Positions 1 through 11,960 of a stretch of DNA of 38,372 bases are shown here, one piece after another. The notes below the pieces were generated by a model that saw nothing but the letters and a program-made list of their open reading frames with translations, was not told the DNA's origin and searched no databases. Within the stretch, counting starts at the first letter, position 1; every line of letters begins with the position of its first letter. The DNA is taken from positions 1-38,372 of the forward strand of contig NMRA01000552.1 of assembly GCA_002633005.1 (NCBI GenBank), given 5' to 3'. This stretch comes from Phoronis australis. Taxonomy: Eukaryota > Animalia > Phoronida. The position numbers and the translations under genes were made by a program.

Positions 1-269
1 TCCACAATTTCGAAACCAGAACTCCGACAGATCATAACTATAATTGTCTGCTAGTGAGCCAGAACGGCGTGCAAAAGTTATATAGTTCTTAAAACTTTGA
101 TTACAATATTGTTTATAGATGAGCTCAGTTCCAATCACAGCCAATCGTGAGTCATTCCGCCTCAAGCAGGGACTTCAGCGTCGGTTTTTTTGAGGCTCCG
201 GCTCACTTCGTGAAGACTTACAGGAACAGAGTAGCCTGTTAACTACATTTTGTTTCGATCCAACCATGG

Positions 270-402
270 CATGGGCGGCTATAACTCCCACTTTTTTCAG
301 TGCTACGCTTCACATGGTCTATAGGCCGCGATGCACCACAGGGGGTTGAGGGGGCTTTAGCCCGGCCCCCCCCCCACTTTTTTCAGCGCTGCGCCGGCCA
401 TG
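270..402. mobile_element. CATGGGCGG-type MITE (hAT5-like)
   Basis: Termini CATGGGCGGC...GCCGGCCATG. Flanks catgg (265-269) and catgc (403-407) form a near-perfect 5-bp TSD. An inverted homolog lies at 10006-10154. Confidence 0.65.
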
Positions 403-560
403 CATGCGCGTGATACCGATGAGTGAGTTTGAGGCGCAGTGGCCCTAAACTACTGGTAGCTCAGTCACGTACTCATTTTACACATTCGAAAGACATGCGG
501 ACGCTTGAAATCCGAGCGTTGTTTGAGCATAGGTACTACACCACCTGTTGCATGAAAAAG

Positions 561-727
561 TATTTATATGCGCTAACTGCGAAGCGATACCGAAGCTAGT
601 TTACAGTGAAACAACATGTTTAGGTGAGATAAAAGGTCATATAAGTTATGACAAACTAAACTACAAATATGGATAAATACAAACGTTGTATAATATGTTG
701 AGCTGTAAAGGTGGGTGACAATTTGCC
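561..727 (+). repeat. Dispersed repeat, copy 1 (copy 2 at ~4385-4554)
   Basis: TATTTATATGCGCTAA(C/T)TGCGAAGCGATACCGAAGCTAGTTTACAGTGAAACAACATG...GTAAAGGTGGGT is shared in the same orientation. Confidence 0.85.
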
Positions 728-816
728 GGACATCAAGTGTTGAACTAGGAAGAGAAGCAACAATATGCGAAAGCAAAACAGCAACACCGGGACAGCGACA
801 TGGGAAAATTAAAGTC

Positions 817-2261
817 CTGGGCACGGTTTCCAATCTTTTTACTCGAAATGGAACTCGAAATTAGGTTTGAAATTTTCTACTCTACTTTTGGGCGAACTCA
901 AGATAAGTGTCTATTATTCTATGCTCGAGTACACAATAACTTACGTAGATAATTTATTGCCCTTAGTTCACAGTTTGTAAACCCAATATTAAAGCAATAA
1001 GTTCGAGTTTGAACTCGAAATTTCGAGTTTTTACTCGAGTTTGTAGCACGAATATAAGGGTCTTCAAGGGCNNNNNNNNNNNNNNNNNNNNNNNNNNNNN
1101 NNNNNNNNNNNNNNNNNNNNNNNNNNNNNNNNNNNNNNNNNNNNNNNNNNNNNNNNNNNNNNNNNNNNNNNNNNNNNNNNNNNNNNNNNNNNNNNNNNNN
1201 NNNNNNNNNNNNNNNNNNNNNNNNNNNNNNNNNNNNNNNNNNNNNNNNNNNNNNNNNNNNNNNNNNNNNNNNNNNNNNNNNNNNNNNNNNNNNNNNNNNN
1301 NNNNNNNNNNNNNNNNNNNNNNNNNNNNNNNNNNNNNNNNNNNNNNNNNNNNNNNNNNNNNNNNNNNNNNNNNNNNNNNNNNNNNNNNNNNNNNNNNNNN
1401 NNNNNNNNNNNNNNNNNNNNNNNNNNNNNNNNNNNNNNNNNNNNNNNNNNNNNNNNNNNNNNNNNNNNNNNNNNNNNNNNNNNNNNNNNNNNNNNNNNNN
1501 NNNNNNNNNNNNNNNNNNNNNNNNNNNNNNNNNNNNNNNNNNNNNNNNNNNNNNNNNNNNNNNNNNNNNNNNNNNNNNNNNNNNNNNNNNNNNNNNNNNN
1601 NNNNNNNNNNNNNNNNNNNNNNNNNNNNNNNNNNNNNNNNNNNNNNNNNNNNNNNNNNNNNNNNNNNNNNNNNNNNNNNNNNNNNNNNNNNNNNNNNNNN
1701 NNNNNNNNNNNNNNNNNNNNNNNNNNNNNNNNNNNNNNNNNNNNNNNNNNNNNNNNNNNNNNNNNNNNNNNNNNNNNNNNNNNNNNNNNNNNNNNNNNNN
1801 NNNNNNNNNNNNNNNNNNNNNNNNNNNNNNNNNNNNNNNNNNNNNNNNNNNNNNNNNNNNNNNNNNNNNNNNNNNNNNNNNNNNNNNNNNNNNNNNNNNN
1901 NNNNNNNNNNNNNNNNNNNNNNNNNNNNNNNNNNNTCAAGATAAGTGTCTATTATTCTATGCTCGAGTACACAATAACTTACGTAGATAATTTATTGCCC
2001 TTAGTTCACAGTTTGTAAACCCAATATTAAAGCAATAAGTTCGAGTTTGAACTCGAAATTTCGAGTTTTTACTCGAGTTTGTAGCACGAATATAAGGGTC
2101 TTCAAGGGCAAACTTGAACTAGAAACTCCTATGCATAAACTATAATGTATTCGAGCACAGTCTGATAACCATTTATCTTAAGTTCGCACAAAAGGAGCAG
2201 AGAAATTGCCAAAAATAGTTTCGAGTTCGTTTCGAGTACAAAGATTAGAGACCGGGACCTG
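817..2261. mobile_element. TIR MITE spanning an assembly gap
   Basis: Left end CTGGGCACGGTTTCCAATCTTTTTACTCGAAATGGAACTCGAAA matches the reverse complement of the right end, CAGGTCCCGGTCTCTAATCTTTGTACTCGAAACGAACTCGAAA. Possible 3-bp TSD GTC at 814-816 and 2262-2264. Internal ACTCGA/TCGAGT motifs recur. Confidence 0.7.
1072..1935. other. Assembly gap flanked by an identical 174-bp overlap
   Basis: N-run. Bases 898-1071 are identical to 1936-2109. Confidence 0.95.
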
Positions 2262-4384
2262 GTCTCAAAATGCCCATGTGGTTCGAGTATCCGAAAATAG
2301 TTGCTAAATAAAATCTTATTTTCGACACCTTTTCTTTATATTCTTTTCGACTTTCTTGCCAAAAGCGATTTTTTTAACAGTATTTGACCCTTCTCTGTTA
2401 GCGGCTGTCATCGGTTATTTCCGTACGCACATTTCCGGCTCATCAGTTCAGGAACTTGCCCTGAACTCTGCCATTTTTGCCTTGTAACTGAATGCGCTAT
2501 CGCTTGCTCGAAAAGTCTTCATTATTTTGTTTTATTAGTAATATGTTGTGATTCGTTTGCATATGTAGTGTATTTATAGTTTGTAGTTAGTGGTCATTGA
2601 ATATTTTTGGAATGTTACGAGTACTTATTATGTTAAAATAGCATTGGTGTTTATTTCCTTACGTAGGGCGGTCGAACCTGGGGACCAACATGAGTCGAAC
2701 CAATTTTTTTGTTTTGATTTTTTTTTCTCGTGTTGAAAAAGTACTTTGATTTCATCGAAAAGGTGGTGCATTCTACTCAGTAAAAATCGAAAAAGTATCA
2801 AAATCGGGGCAAGCAGTGTAAAGTTATTGCAATTTTTGTGGCGAAATTTTGGTCACTTTGTTTGGATCGCGTCGGTCATATTGGAGGACAGCGGGATAAG
2901 TTACGAGTTTAAAAATTGGTGTAAATTGCTTTCTCCAACAATTTACGGTGAAATTTAGTGAGACATATCTTTACTTACCATTATGCACGATTCAACAGTG
3001 TTCACCAAATTTCAGCCTCGCAGTTGTTACTCATTAAGTGATGAATGTGCTCACAATTCCAATTGGACTTCGTCTCATTTCTGGCGGCACCGACAACATG
3101 GCGACTTTTGCTGAACTGGAAGGCATGTTCATTCTGTTACTTTGTAACGTTGATACATTTTGACAAAAAAGGAATTTTGTTCAATTTTCGTGTTTTTTTG
3201 TGTGCAAAAATATAAGATATATTCGAATTATTTTACTGTGAATTTCCCATTCAGGTTATCTTACACTAAGGTTAAAAAATAGTTGAAATAATTTTAAAAT
3301 GGGTTTTTGTTTGACTGTCAACTGCTGTTCAAGGTTTGATTAGGTGTCACAAAATGATTCATATTTTTCTAAATTTCAAGTCTCAATTGCTTTCAAGTCA
3401 TGTTTTGTAACTTATTGCTTCTTAATTCAGGTTATCAAGTCAACAATATGAATAATCTTAATTTGAGAAATAAGCTATGTTGGATTGTGAAGCTTCAAGC
3501 CTCCAATTCTTGTTCCTTGCAACTACATATTTTTTTTAATCATGCTTGTCAAATTCTGGTGTAAGGAAACACTATTCGGTCACCATGGTAATAGTTACAT
3601 GTATGTCCACTTTCATATCATGGAAACTTTTGTTGTTGAATAGTGTTTGTAATGCTAAATGTTGTAAAGTATTGTGCATTTTAAGTTACTTATTATGTTA
3701 AAAGGTTGAATCATTTTGGCTTAATGAATAAAAAATATAACATTTTGTATTGGACTTGACATACTTATGTGCTCGAACGAGCCCCCTATTTGGAGAAATG
3801 GAAAAAGGTCTGCCTCAGTCAGAGAAGCCCGATCTCCGAAAAAAGGTAGAAAATGAGACAATATTCCACTAGAAGACAGGAAGTACCAAAATTTAGCGTC
3901 TGCAATTCATAGCTCTGAACGTACCGAGTGAATCTTATAGTAAATGATAGACATTCCCAAAAATTCCAGCCCCCCATTTTTTAGGCTTGGTGCGCTCATA
4001 CAAAGTCTGGGAAAATCTCTGTTGAAAGCCGACAACTTTGCACAGTTCGCCAGAAGTACCCAAGTTCTAAATAAACCTCGTTTGAGCGAGCGCTGTGGCC
4101 TATAGGCCTATAAGGGTAGCCTTGATGCAATGCTGTATAGGCCTACTAACAAGCTGTTTAGTCTTCATACTGGTAGCTGGCACTGAGGCTAGCTAAGGGC
4201 TGACGCGGCAGTGTGACACAGGACTGACCAGCCCGTAATTTCATGCGAGTGTCTCAAACTACCTTTGTATGTATACGGCATAATAATCATAGAACAAAGA
4301 GGGTCACTGACCCGAGAATCCAAACAATATGATAATGAGGACGAAGCAGTATAGCTTACATAAAATAATTTAATACTTAAATAA

Positions 4385-4554
4385 TATTTATATGCGCTAA
4401 TTGCGAAGCGATACCGAAGCTAGTTTACAGTGAAACAACATGTACAGGTGAGATAAAAGGTCATATATATTATGACAAACTAAACTTCTGCAGATATAGA
4501 TAAATACAAACGTTATGTAATATGTTGAGCTGTAAAGGTGGGTAACAATCTGCC
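4385..4554 (+). repeat. Dispersed repeat, copy 2 (copy 1 at 561-727)
   Basis: Aligns directly with 561-727, with few substitutions and indels. Confidence 0.85.
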
Positions 4555-6099
4555 ACAGATGCAAAGTATATTTGATACACTCAAGTCCGAAATTTTATCG
4601 GACTAGTGAACCTTTGGAATAGTGGGTTGTTCCTATTTCCAGCGATCTAAGCAAGTTAAGTAACACGCAAAATACAACCAGATCAAAAAAATTAAGTCGT
4701 ACATTCTCCGACAAAACACTTCCGTCCCAGTATGTAATGAAGTGTTATCCCTCATTTAAGGTTATCTCAAACCTTATTTAGTGACTTCCATTCTAACTCG
4801 TATATCAAAAAGCTTTGTCAACTTGTAAAAGTATATTTCTGAAAGAAAAAAATCAGGGAATATATAAATACTTTTTGTAAATATGTACCATTATTATTTT
4901 CACGTAAGAACCCTTTTTAATTCAAAATTTCATTTTTAGAAAGGTACATTCATAGCAATATAACCTCTAGGTCGTTTTTTAAATGAAAACATCACCAGTT
5001 ACCTAAAAACGCTGTTAGAAATTTTCGATTATTCTTTCGGGTGGTTTCTATGACAAATCAACTCGCAAAACTTAAGGTGTTTTTGTAAAAAAATGAAGTC
5101 GTATTCGTCTTTGTCACATTATCCAAAGACTAGGCATTTGTATCTAAAATCCTAAAAGTGTTTTTGACATTGATGACCAAATATTAATTTTTTTTGACAA
5201 TTCATGTTCCTAAGTTCAAATAAAGTCGATTTGCCGAAGCCGAGAAAAAAAGATTAAACTGGGAGGAGTGAAAATCTTAAAGTCGTCGGTTAATTATTCG
5301 GTGAAAACTTGTTTTCGGTACAAATATGATAACCTATACAAGCCTTAACCATGTTAGCTATTTCAACATTCACTCTCAATGTCAACTGATTTAGAAGCGC
5401 TTAATTAACTTTATTATCATTAAAACGTACCATTCCCAGCTAACTCTTACTGTTGTTTGCGAGCTACTTTCCGAAGAAAGTCACAGTTTACTGTTCTACA
5501 CATATCCTCTACACGTCACGTGGTGGGAGACTGATACGGAACCAAGTAAGTAATGGATAACAAAAATCGAATCGGTAGATAAAGCATGTCGTTAACATGA
5601 GCTCGAAACATCGAAATGTCAATTTATTAATTGAATCAAGGAATTAGGGTGAGGATTTATCTTTTTTCACAACTGGGATCATGACCGCAGACACCTACGA
5701 CGACTCGTAGCATTCGTTTTCAACGCCAAAGGTCGTATGGATGTAGACGAACAACTCCCTTAGGATCAAAACTATATTTTGTCTTTGTCTTCTTCTTTTT
5801 GAATGAAAGGACTGACGGTATACGAAGCTGCTCTGTACCTGGCGGAAGATTCGATTTGATTGAAAGCCCTTGAAACTTTGACCTAAGATAAGTAGTAAAC
5901 AAATATCCACGTAACTTGGTTGTGCGGTTCCAAGGTGGTTGTGCTAAATCTTTTTTCCAACACGCAATGTACATTTTGTACTTGAACTTCCCCGTGAATG
6001 AAGATAAGGTATTTTGCTAGACACACGTGAAACGTTGTAAAAATGGCCAATTTTTGTGAATAAAGTTTGGGATATCCTTAAAGGACAATGCCACCCGAT

Positions 6100-6643
6100 T
6101 TTTTACCGTATAAAGCGGTCTGTGGCCACCATAGTGTGGTGTACCGTTCCCGCTTGTGCGAACTATGAAGTTGCGCGGAAAGTGGGCACATCGTTTTTTC
6201 GATTTTCTCGAGAGCTCGAAATGCTTCGAACTCGGAAAGTTGCTCGCGGCAGTAAAAAATGAAAAGTACGGCGTCCATACCAAGTACGAGGCGGTGAAAC
6301 ATCTCCGCGTCTGTGGCCGACATTTCGTGGGTAGTGCCTCACTGACAAATCCCGACTTGCTTCTCCAAGAAGGCGTTTTCACATGTTGAATTTCGTGGCA
6401 ATAAACGCAAGCGTCAGTCGTTTCCATTATGGTGCAGTTAGCGCACTGACACTATGACAAGTCATTGAGACGGTTTTCGGAACTATCCATATGCTCCATT
6501 GTCTGTGCACATTCACTGCGCCTCTCTAATATTTCTTGATCAGTGTATTCTGGTTCGAACTGATATCCTGAGAAACCTAAGGATCTACCTGGGAAGTCTT
6601 CGTCAGATGAGTACTCCTCCAAGTCAGAATTGCGAGTTGCCAT
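6100..6643 (-). pseudogene. Degenerate KolX / P2X7 C-terminal ballast-like Cys-rich protein
   Basis: Reads MATRNSDLEEYSSDED..GYQFEPEY..ENRLNDLS*CQCANCTIMETTDACVYCHEI, with an in-frame TAG at 6452-6454 where Trp is expected. A frameshifted continuation follows: MSATDAEMFHRLVL..HKRERYTTL. This fits the YxFEP / WCxCxxCxxMxTxxxxxCxEI pattern. Confidence 0.75.
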
Positions 6644-7190
6644 GTTGACGTTTATTACTGAGCGTTCTTTATCAAAATGAATTATTCTCACCCTAACCAA
6701 TACTTATATAAAACTGAAACCAAGTCTGTCTGATTATATGCGAATTTGTAATGCCTTTGGAGTGTTCGTGAGTGCAAATGATTTGAGAAGCCAGCAATGG
6801 CACTGCGTAAACGGCTTTAGGTGCAATAATGAAAACTAATTGAACGGACACCGAGGCCGTGTGAGCGCATGCTTATTCAGTTTTTGCTGACAGAATGCTG
6901 TTGCGTAACAATAACTTTTATATCCTATGGTCAGATGTTAGGGGAATCTTTATTTAGATATTCATATACATTATTCGAATAATTGTTACTGTACAACTTT
7001 TGCCCTGACGGTTCTGTGGAAGGGTGACCTGACTTCGCGGCCCCCTACGAACTAGCAAGTAGATTTACAGTTTTGCGGCTAATTCACCAAAATAACCACG
7101 TGCACATTACTTCTTTGGGTTACTAGTATAGTATATTCTTGACTGGAAGTTTAGTTTCCAACTTTGGCTGGTTTATGTTCGTGATGTCTT

Positions 7191-7302
7191 CAGTCCGGCC
7201 GCGACAGGCCTGATCGGGTTCCGAGCCACTGGCCGGGATAACGAGTCAGTCCCGCCGCGACGGGCCTGATCGGGTTCTGAGCCACTGCCCGGGATGACAA
7301 GC
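7191..7302 (+). repeat. Internal ~55-bp GC-rich tandem repeat (2 units) in the Kolobok-like element
   Basis: AGTCC(G)GCCGCGAC(A/G)GGCCTGATCGGGTTC(C/T)GAGCCACTG occurs twice. It is also duplicated at ~13196-13313. Confidence 0.85.
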
Positions 7303-8509
7303 GTTTTGTGTGTTTAGAACTAAAAAAGAAAATCACAAGTCTAAACAACTCAGATCTAGGTTCTCCTGTCTGCATTTCACGGAAGAATACTTCGTATTTA
7401 TGTCCGAACAGACCCCAAACTCCTGCTACGGACCTTGGTAAATTGGCCTGCCGAACTTTGTAGGCTACGGTGTGTCCAAATACCAATAAATCCATAACAG
7501 CGAAATAAAACGACACGTTTTTATAAGAACTCGGTGTATTTTTATGGGTTTTACATGGAAGTTTGATGATTTATTGGCGTTAAACGATGAATCCAAGCGA
7601 TAAGCTGACACCAGTAACCCGTGTTGTGAACTGCTGAACAGACTGCGTGTGAAACCAATGACGTCATTGGATAATTTCAACACCTCCGTCTGCCGTCAGG
7701 TGTCAGGTAACGCAACCGAACGTGCCGTTATCGAGTAGAACTAATCGATCTAAACTGATACAAAATAAGTTGTTTTTTGAGTGTCATTCTCCTTTAAGCA
7801 CGACGTCCGGTTTGAAAGTTTGGCATGGGGTAATGCGAGAACGTTCTCTTCCTGGACCACATTTCGTCCGAATTTGGGTCCCGTTCTTTGTGAGCAACTC
7901 TCAGGGCATCTTCATTTCTGGTCTTGGGAACACAGAGCTGAGAGTCGTGAACAGAGATTACCCCCTAGTTAAGCTGCGTCAAGGGCCTTACCGAAAACTA
8001 GTGTTGACGTTTGCGAAATATCTAAGGTCCACCGTTCTAGAATTCGAACCACCCCCGCGCAATGCTGACTGCGAGCCTGATGTGTAAGGCCTGTGGCGGA
8101 TTTACGTTTTTAGAAGGATTTAAAACCCTTCTCGAGGGCGAGTAATTTCGTAAATCCATATTTGTGCACATCTGGGTACCAGTCACGCTACCAGCAAAAT
8201 TTTAGTTTGTACATCTGTCTACACATCGAATTTTAGCATACGACGTATACGAAAAAGTGTATTGTTTATGCAGGCGTTTAGACAACTACCAAATGTTCAA
8301 GAACATAAGGAGCCGCACCGACGTCCACGTAATAACCCAACTTGAATATCAGATGATCGCGTCACAGCAGCCTCAAGTTCTTTAAGAACGAAGACCGGCA
8401 CCTTTATGTCCGGAAATAAACATACATTCCCTTTCGTTACAAGAAATACTGACGAACCATGGTGATCTCAACGCATAGTCTATTGTTAAAGGAGAATGCC
8501 ACCCGATTT

Positions 8510-9063
8510 AATTAGTCTTTTTTACCGTCTTAATCGGTCTATATCCACATCGCCTCACAGTCGACCTCATCTTGCCGAGAGGTGTCGCGTTAACCTGTGA
8601 GCAAAGTGAGAAACGACGCAGCAACGTCAGTGGTTCGTCTGCAGAGTGAATGCCGCTATATTGCGGTGCATCGTTCACGCTTGTCCGAACTATGGAGCTG
8701 CGAAGAAAGCGGGTATATCGTTTTTTTCGACTTCCTCGAGAGCCCGAAATGCTTAGGATGTGGCTCGCGGTAGTGAAGAATGAAAGGTACGTAACGCTTT
8801 TAATAGCAAGTATGAGGCCGTGAAACATCTCCGTGTCAGTGGCCGGCATTTCGTCGACAGTGATTTCTCTGACGAATGCCAGCTTACCAAAGAACTATCC
8901 ATACGTTCCATTGCCTGTGCATGTTCACGGCGCCTCTAGTATTTCTTGATCAATGTATTCCATTTCGAATTGATATCCTGTGAAACCTAACGATCCGACC
9001 CGTGAAGGCTTCGTCGGATGAGCTCTTGACTAAGTCGGGATTGGCGCCGGGCGAGTTGGCCAT
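8510..9063 (-). pseudogene. More degenerate KolX-like ORF in copy 2 (Cys cluster deleted)
   Basis: ATG at 9063, a frameshifted GYQFEMEYIDQEILE, then MPATDTEMFHGLILAI. The segment matching ~6365-6480 of copy 1 is absent. Confidence 0.65.
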
Positions 9064-10005
9064 GTAGGCGTTTATTATTCTGCGTTCTGTTTCAAAATGA
9101 ATTATTCTCATCCTAACCAATCAGGGCCGTAGGAAGCGGCGGGGGGGGCACGGGCCCCCAAATTTTCAGGCGTCAGGGTTCAACCGTGGCAACCGACATA
9201 CGCGTGGGGCAGGGACAGTCGAGAAAAGAAAGACTGCTAAATGCGAATTAGAGAGAAAAATCAAGAGAAACATTTAACAACTCTGTATCAGTGCATGTTT
9301 TACCTTTGGGGACCTTAGCCAGGACATTGTTGTTGGGGTCTCCGCTTTCGCAGAACAGGTCGTATAAATGCACTTGAAAATCGGCACGTAATGATTCATG
9401 CATTTTGTTTCGAAAAATCCAAAAATTTGTAAAGCGAAGCTTTTGCGGAGCGTGTTAATTTTCTGGATTTTTAAATTCAATAAGTCAAATTTTTGCGACT
9501 GCAAAGTCATATTTTCCAGAGGCCCGTCTCTGGCAAAGGATAACTGAAACAACAGTAGCTTTTTTCTCAAATTGTGTATCACTTGATGCCCTGACAGATA
9601 TCATCAATTGCTGCACATTTCTTGATTTTTCAAAATATTATAATTTCATATTGAGGGTCCCCACCCTTGAAAGAGGCCATTGGTGACATTCAAGTGGCCA
9701 TCCTTTTTGTTTTTATTTACAAATTCTTAAGGGTCTACTTACGGAGAAAACCCAAAGTTGGACTCGATTACGTCTAGTTTCCTGTTTTTTTTTGTGAAAT
9801 CGTGCAGCTAACTTTCATGTTAAAAAGGGTCACTTCCTGCACCGTCTTGTGACCACACGACGGTAGAATGAACTGTCACTCTTTTCCAAGCTTAATGATA
9901 TTTAGCCTTTCATAATTAAGGTGTCCCATTTCAGACGGTATCCTCTATCGGTGGAACAGTTCGGGGAAATGTCTCTTTGTCCCTCTATATATGTAAATCC
10001 GACAT

Positions 10006-10154
10006 CATGGGCGGCGCAGCACTGAAAAAAGTGTTTGTGTGTGGGGGCGGGGGAGTTAAAGCCCCAAAGCTCTCTGTGATGCACCGCCCACAGACCATGG
10101 GCGGCCCAGCACTGGGGCTATAGCCTCCCAGTCCCCTTTGGTGCACCGCCCATG
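10006..10154. mobile_element. CATGGGCGG-type MITE (hAT5-like)
   Basis: Termini CATGGGCGG..CCGCCCATG. Flanks gacat and gacac form a 5-bp TSD with one mismatch. Inverted homolog of 270-402. Confidence 0.75.
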
Positions 10155-10382
10155 GACACTGCCAAGTATTCTCGACGAACGAAGTTGAGATTCCAAATTC
10201 ATAAAAAACACCAACATTCGTGCACAGCACAGCAGTATTAAGGCATTCAATCCAAAGAACCAAAAATGTGAAAAAATGCAATAGGATTGATCACCATCGA
10301 AAGGGTGGAATTTTGAAGAACGTGAAGACCCCTATTTGTTAATTACAAAAAAGGATTATTTCCGATGGTTAGTTATAGAATA

Positions 10383-10470
10383 ATTAGAAAAAAGACAATC
10401 GCCGCACAAATAAAAAAGTTCGTGATAACTCAACGTCTTTTCATAAGACATTATTAGGATATGTACAGTA
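10383..10470 (-). repeat. Penelope-like fragment, inverted copy of ~30990-31078, with decayed hammerhead core
   Basis: The reverse complement ATCCTAATAATGTCTTATGAAAAGACG..GAACTTTTTTATTTGTGCGGCGATTGTC matches 30993-31066. Confidence 0.6.
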
Positions 10471-10834
10471 GGACAGCAAGTGTATTACCATTCCACATCC
10501 ATGTGGTTAAATGAGAGTGAGAGATTGTCCGATTTCTAATCTTACTATGGCCAAAAATAATAAAACAATGTAATTATAAAATAATGTTACTGTTTCCCTT
10601 AGCATCACAAGAATAGTATGTCTTTTGAAAGTGGTTACTATGAGTTGTTTGTAAGGAATTCCCACATGTGGAAAACAATCATGAATGCTGTCGAGGCTAC
10701 AGTTGGGGTGAACGACTGTACTCAAATACTCCCANGAATGCCCAATCTCCTATTTTCCCCGGGTTACCCGCCGAAAATCTTCATGGATGCGGATATTGCT
10801 TATAACATTGATTTCCATTTTGATTAACAAATTC

Positions 10835-11489
10835 GTTGGTTTCTGATTTACATGTATCTTATGTATCTTCGAAAACCGACAGGTTAATAGGTGATTTTTA
10901 GCAGTTAGAGGCTAATCTTTTAAGAAGTGATGACGATTCAAGGAATTTAGTTGAAGTCTGGATATGGAAAAAAACTCTATAATCACATCCCCAAATAGTA
11001 AAGTGCACCTGGACGCTTTTTGCCTATCTAAAATAACTCTCAAAGACATTGATGAAATTTGGAAACTTCCCAAAAATTTACTCAAATTCAAATGACAATA
11101 AATACATTACTTTTTGACTTCGGTACAAGTTTTGTTGTTTAAACTCACTAACAGGGATCAAAGAGAATTAAGTCATTAAGTCAAGGTAAACGCATTGCTC
11201 ATGGATTTGATTGTTGGTTTCTGATTTACATGTTTATTTATCTATGAAATAAACCGATTGACAGATGATTTTTTTGACAATTAGAAGCTCATTTTGTAAA
11301 AATAAGAATGCTTCAATGAACTTGGTTGCAAGCGGACACCGGGAAAATTCGATCTATCATCAGATTCCCAAATATAAAAGTACGCTAAACGATTTTTGTC
11401 TATCTGAAATAAGTCTCAAGGAAATTGATGAATTTTAGACAACTCTACAAAGTGTCCCAAAATCCTCTCACATTTCAATTGACAATAAA
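10835..11489 (+). pseudogene. Two tandem, diverged, decayed ORF paralogs with a SOCS/BC-box-like C-terminus
   Basis: Units ~10835-11102 and ~11213-11489 both begin GTTGGTTTCTGATTTACATG and end TGACAATAAA. They translate to KVHLDAFCLSKITLKDIDEIWKLPKNLL and STLNDFCLSEISLKEIDEF*. The duplication is certain; the domain call is tentative. Confidence 0.45.
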
Positions 11490-11721
11490 TTGTTTATTGG
11501 CTTAGGAACTTGATTACTGGGTTTACGTTTACAAACGTAGATCGAAAAAGACGTTTAAGTACTTAAATAAATAAAATCTAACTCATTTGTCATCAACTTG
11601 GAAAGATTCTCTTTGCAGTTCTACGATGTTTTTAGTTTCCAGTAGTATGGAGCTATGAGTTTTTGTTCTTCAAACTTCAGAACTGAATCGTTTGCATTTT
11701 CCGTGCATACTACATACACGG

Positions 11722-11960
11722 CATGCCCCCAACCAGCTTAACCTTTTTGAGGATGTGGATCTTTCAATAAAGAAAAAAAAAAAAACGGAATATGGGGTTT
11801 GTTCAGGGCTATGAATTATACATACGCCGAATTCCTGCCTTTTAGTGGACTTTTGTGTCGTTTTTCTCGGACATTTTGTTTCTTTGAAGCGTACCTTTTT
11901 GCCCACCTTTCCAAATGGGGGCTCGTTCTAGCAACCCGAGCCCCCCTGGGTGCGCGCATG
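11722..11960. mobile_element. CATGCGCGCACCCAG-family MITE with 5-bp TSD
   Basis: Right end CTGGGTGCGCGCATG, degenerate left end CATGCCCCCAACCAG. Exact TSD CACGG at 11717-11721 and 11961-11965. Confidence 0.8.

Larger units (their letters stand above)
6082..7793. mobile_element. Kolobok-like non-autonomous DNA transposon, copy 1
   Basis: TTAA at 6078-6081 and 7794-7797. TIRs AGGACAATGCCACCC and GAGTGTCATTCTCCT give AG..CT termini with a TTAA TSD, as in Kolobok. Colinear with copy 2 at 8490-13780. Confidence 0.85.

Noticed and set aside
1009-1944. Long ORFs of 311 and 291 aa
   Set aside because: They consist almost entirely of X residues from the N-gap.
2664-5450. Further TIR-like elements and a YY1-like CAACATGGCG motif (~3094)
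   Set aside because: I could not pair termini or link the motif to an exon. These are probably old repeat fragments.
6100-6643. Host P2X7 receptor gene
   Set aside because: There is no ectodomain or transmembrane exon. The domain lies within TIRs and TSDs and is duplicated along with the element.
7191-7302. CRISPR-like repeat array
   Set aside because: Only two adjacent units, no unique spacers, no cas genes, and it lies inside a eukaryotic transposon.
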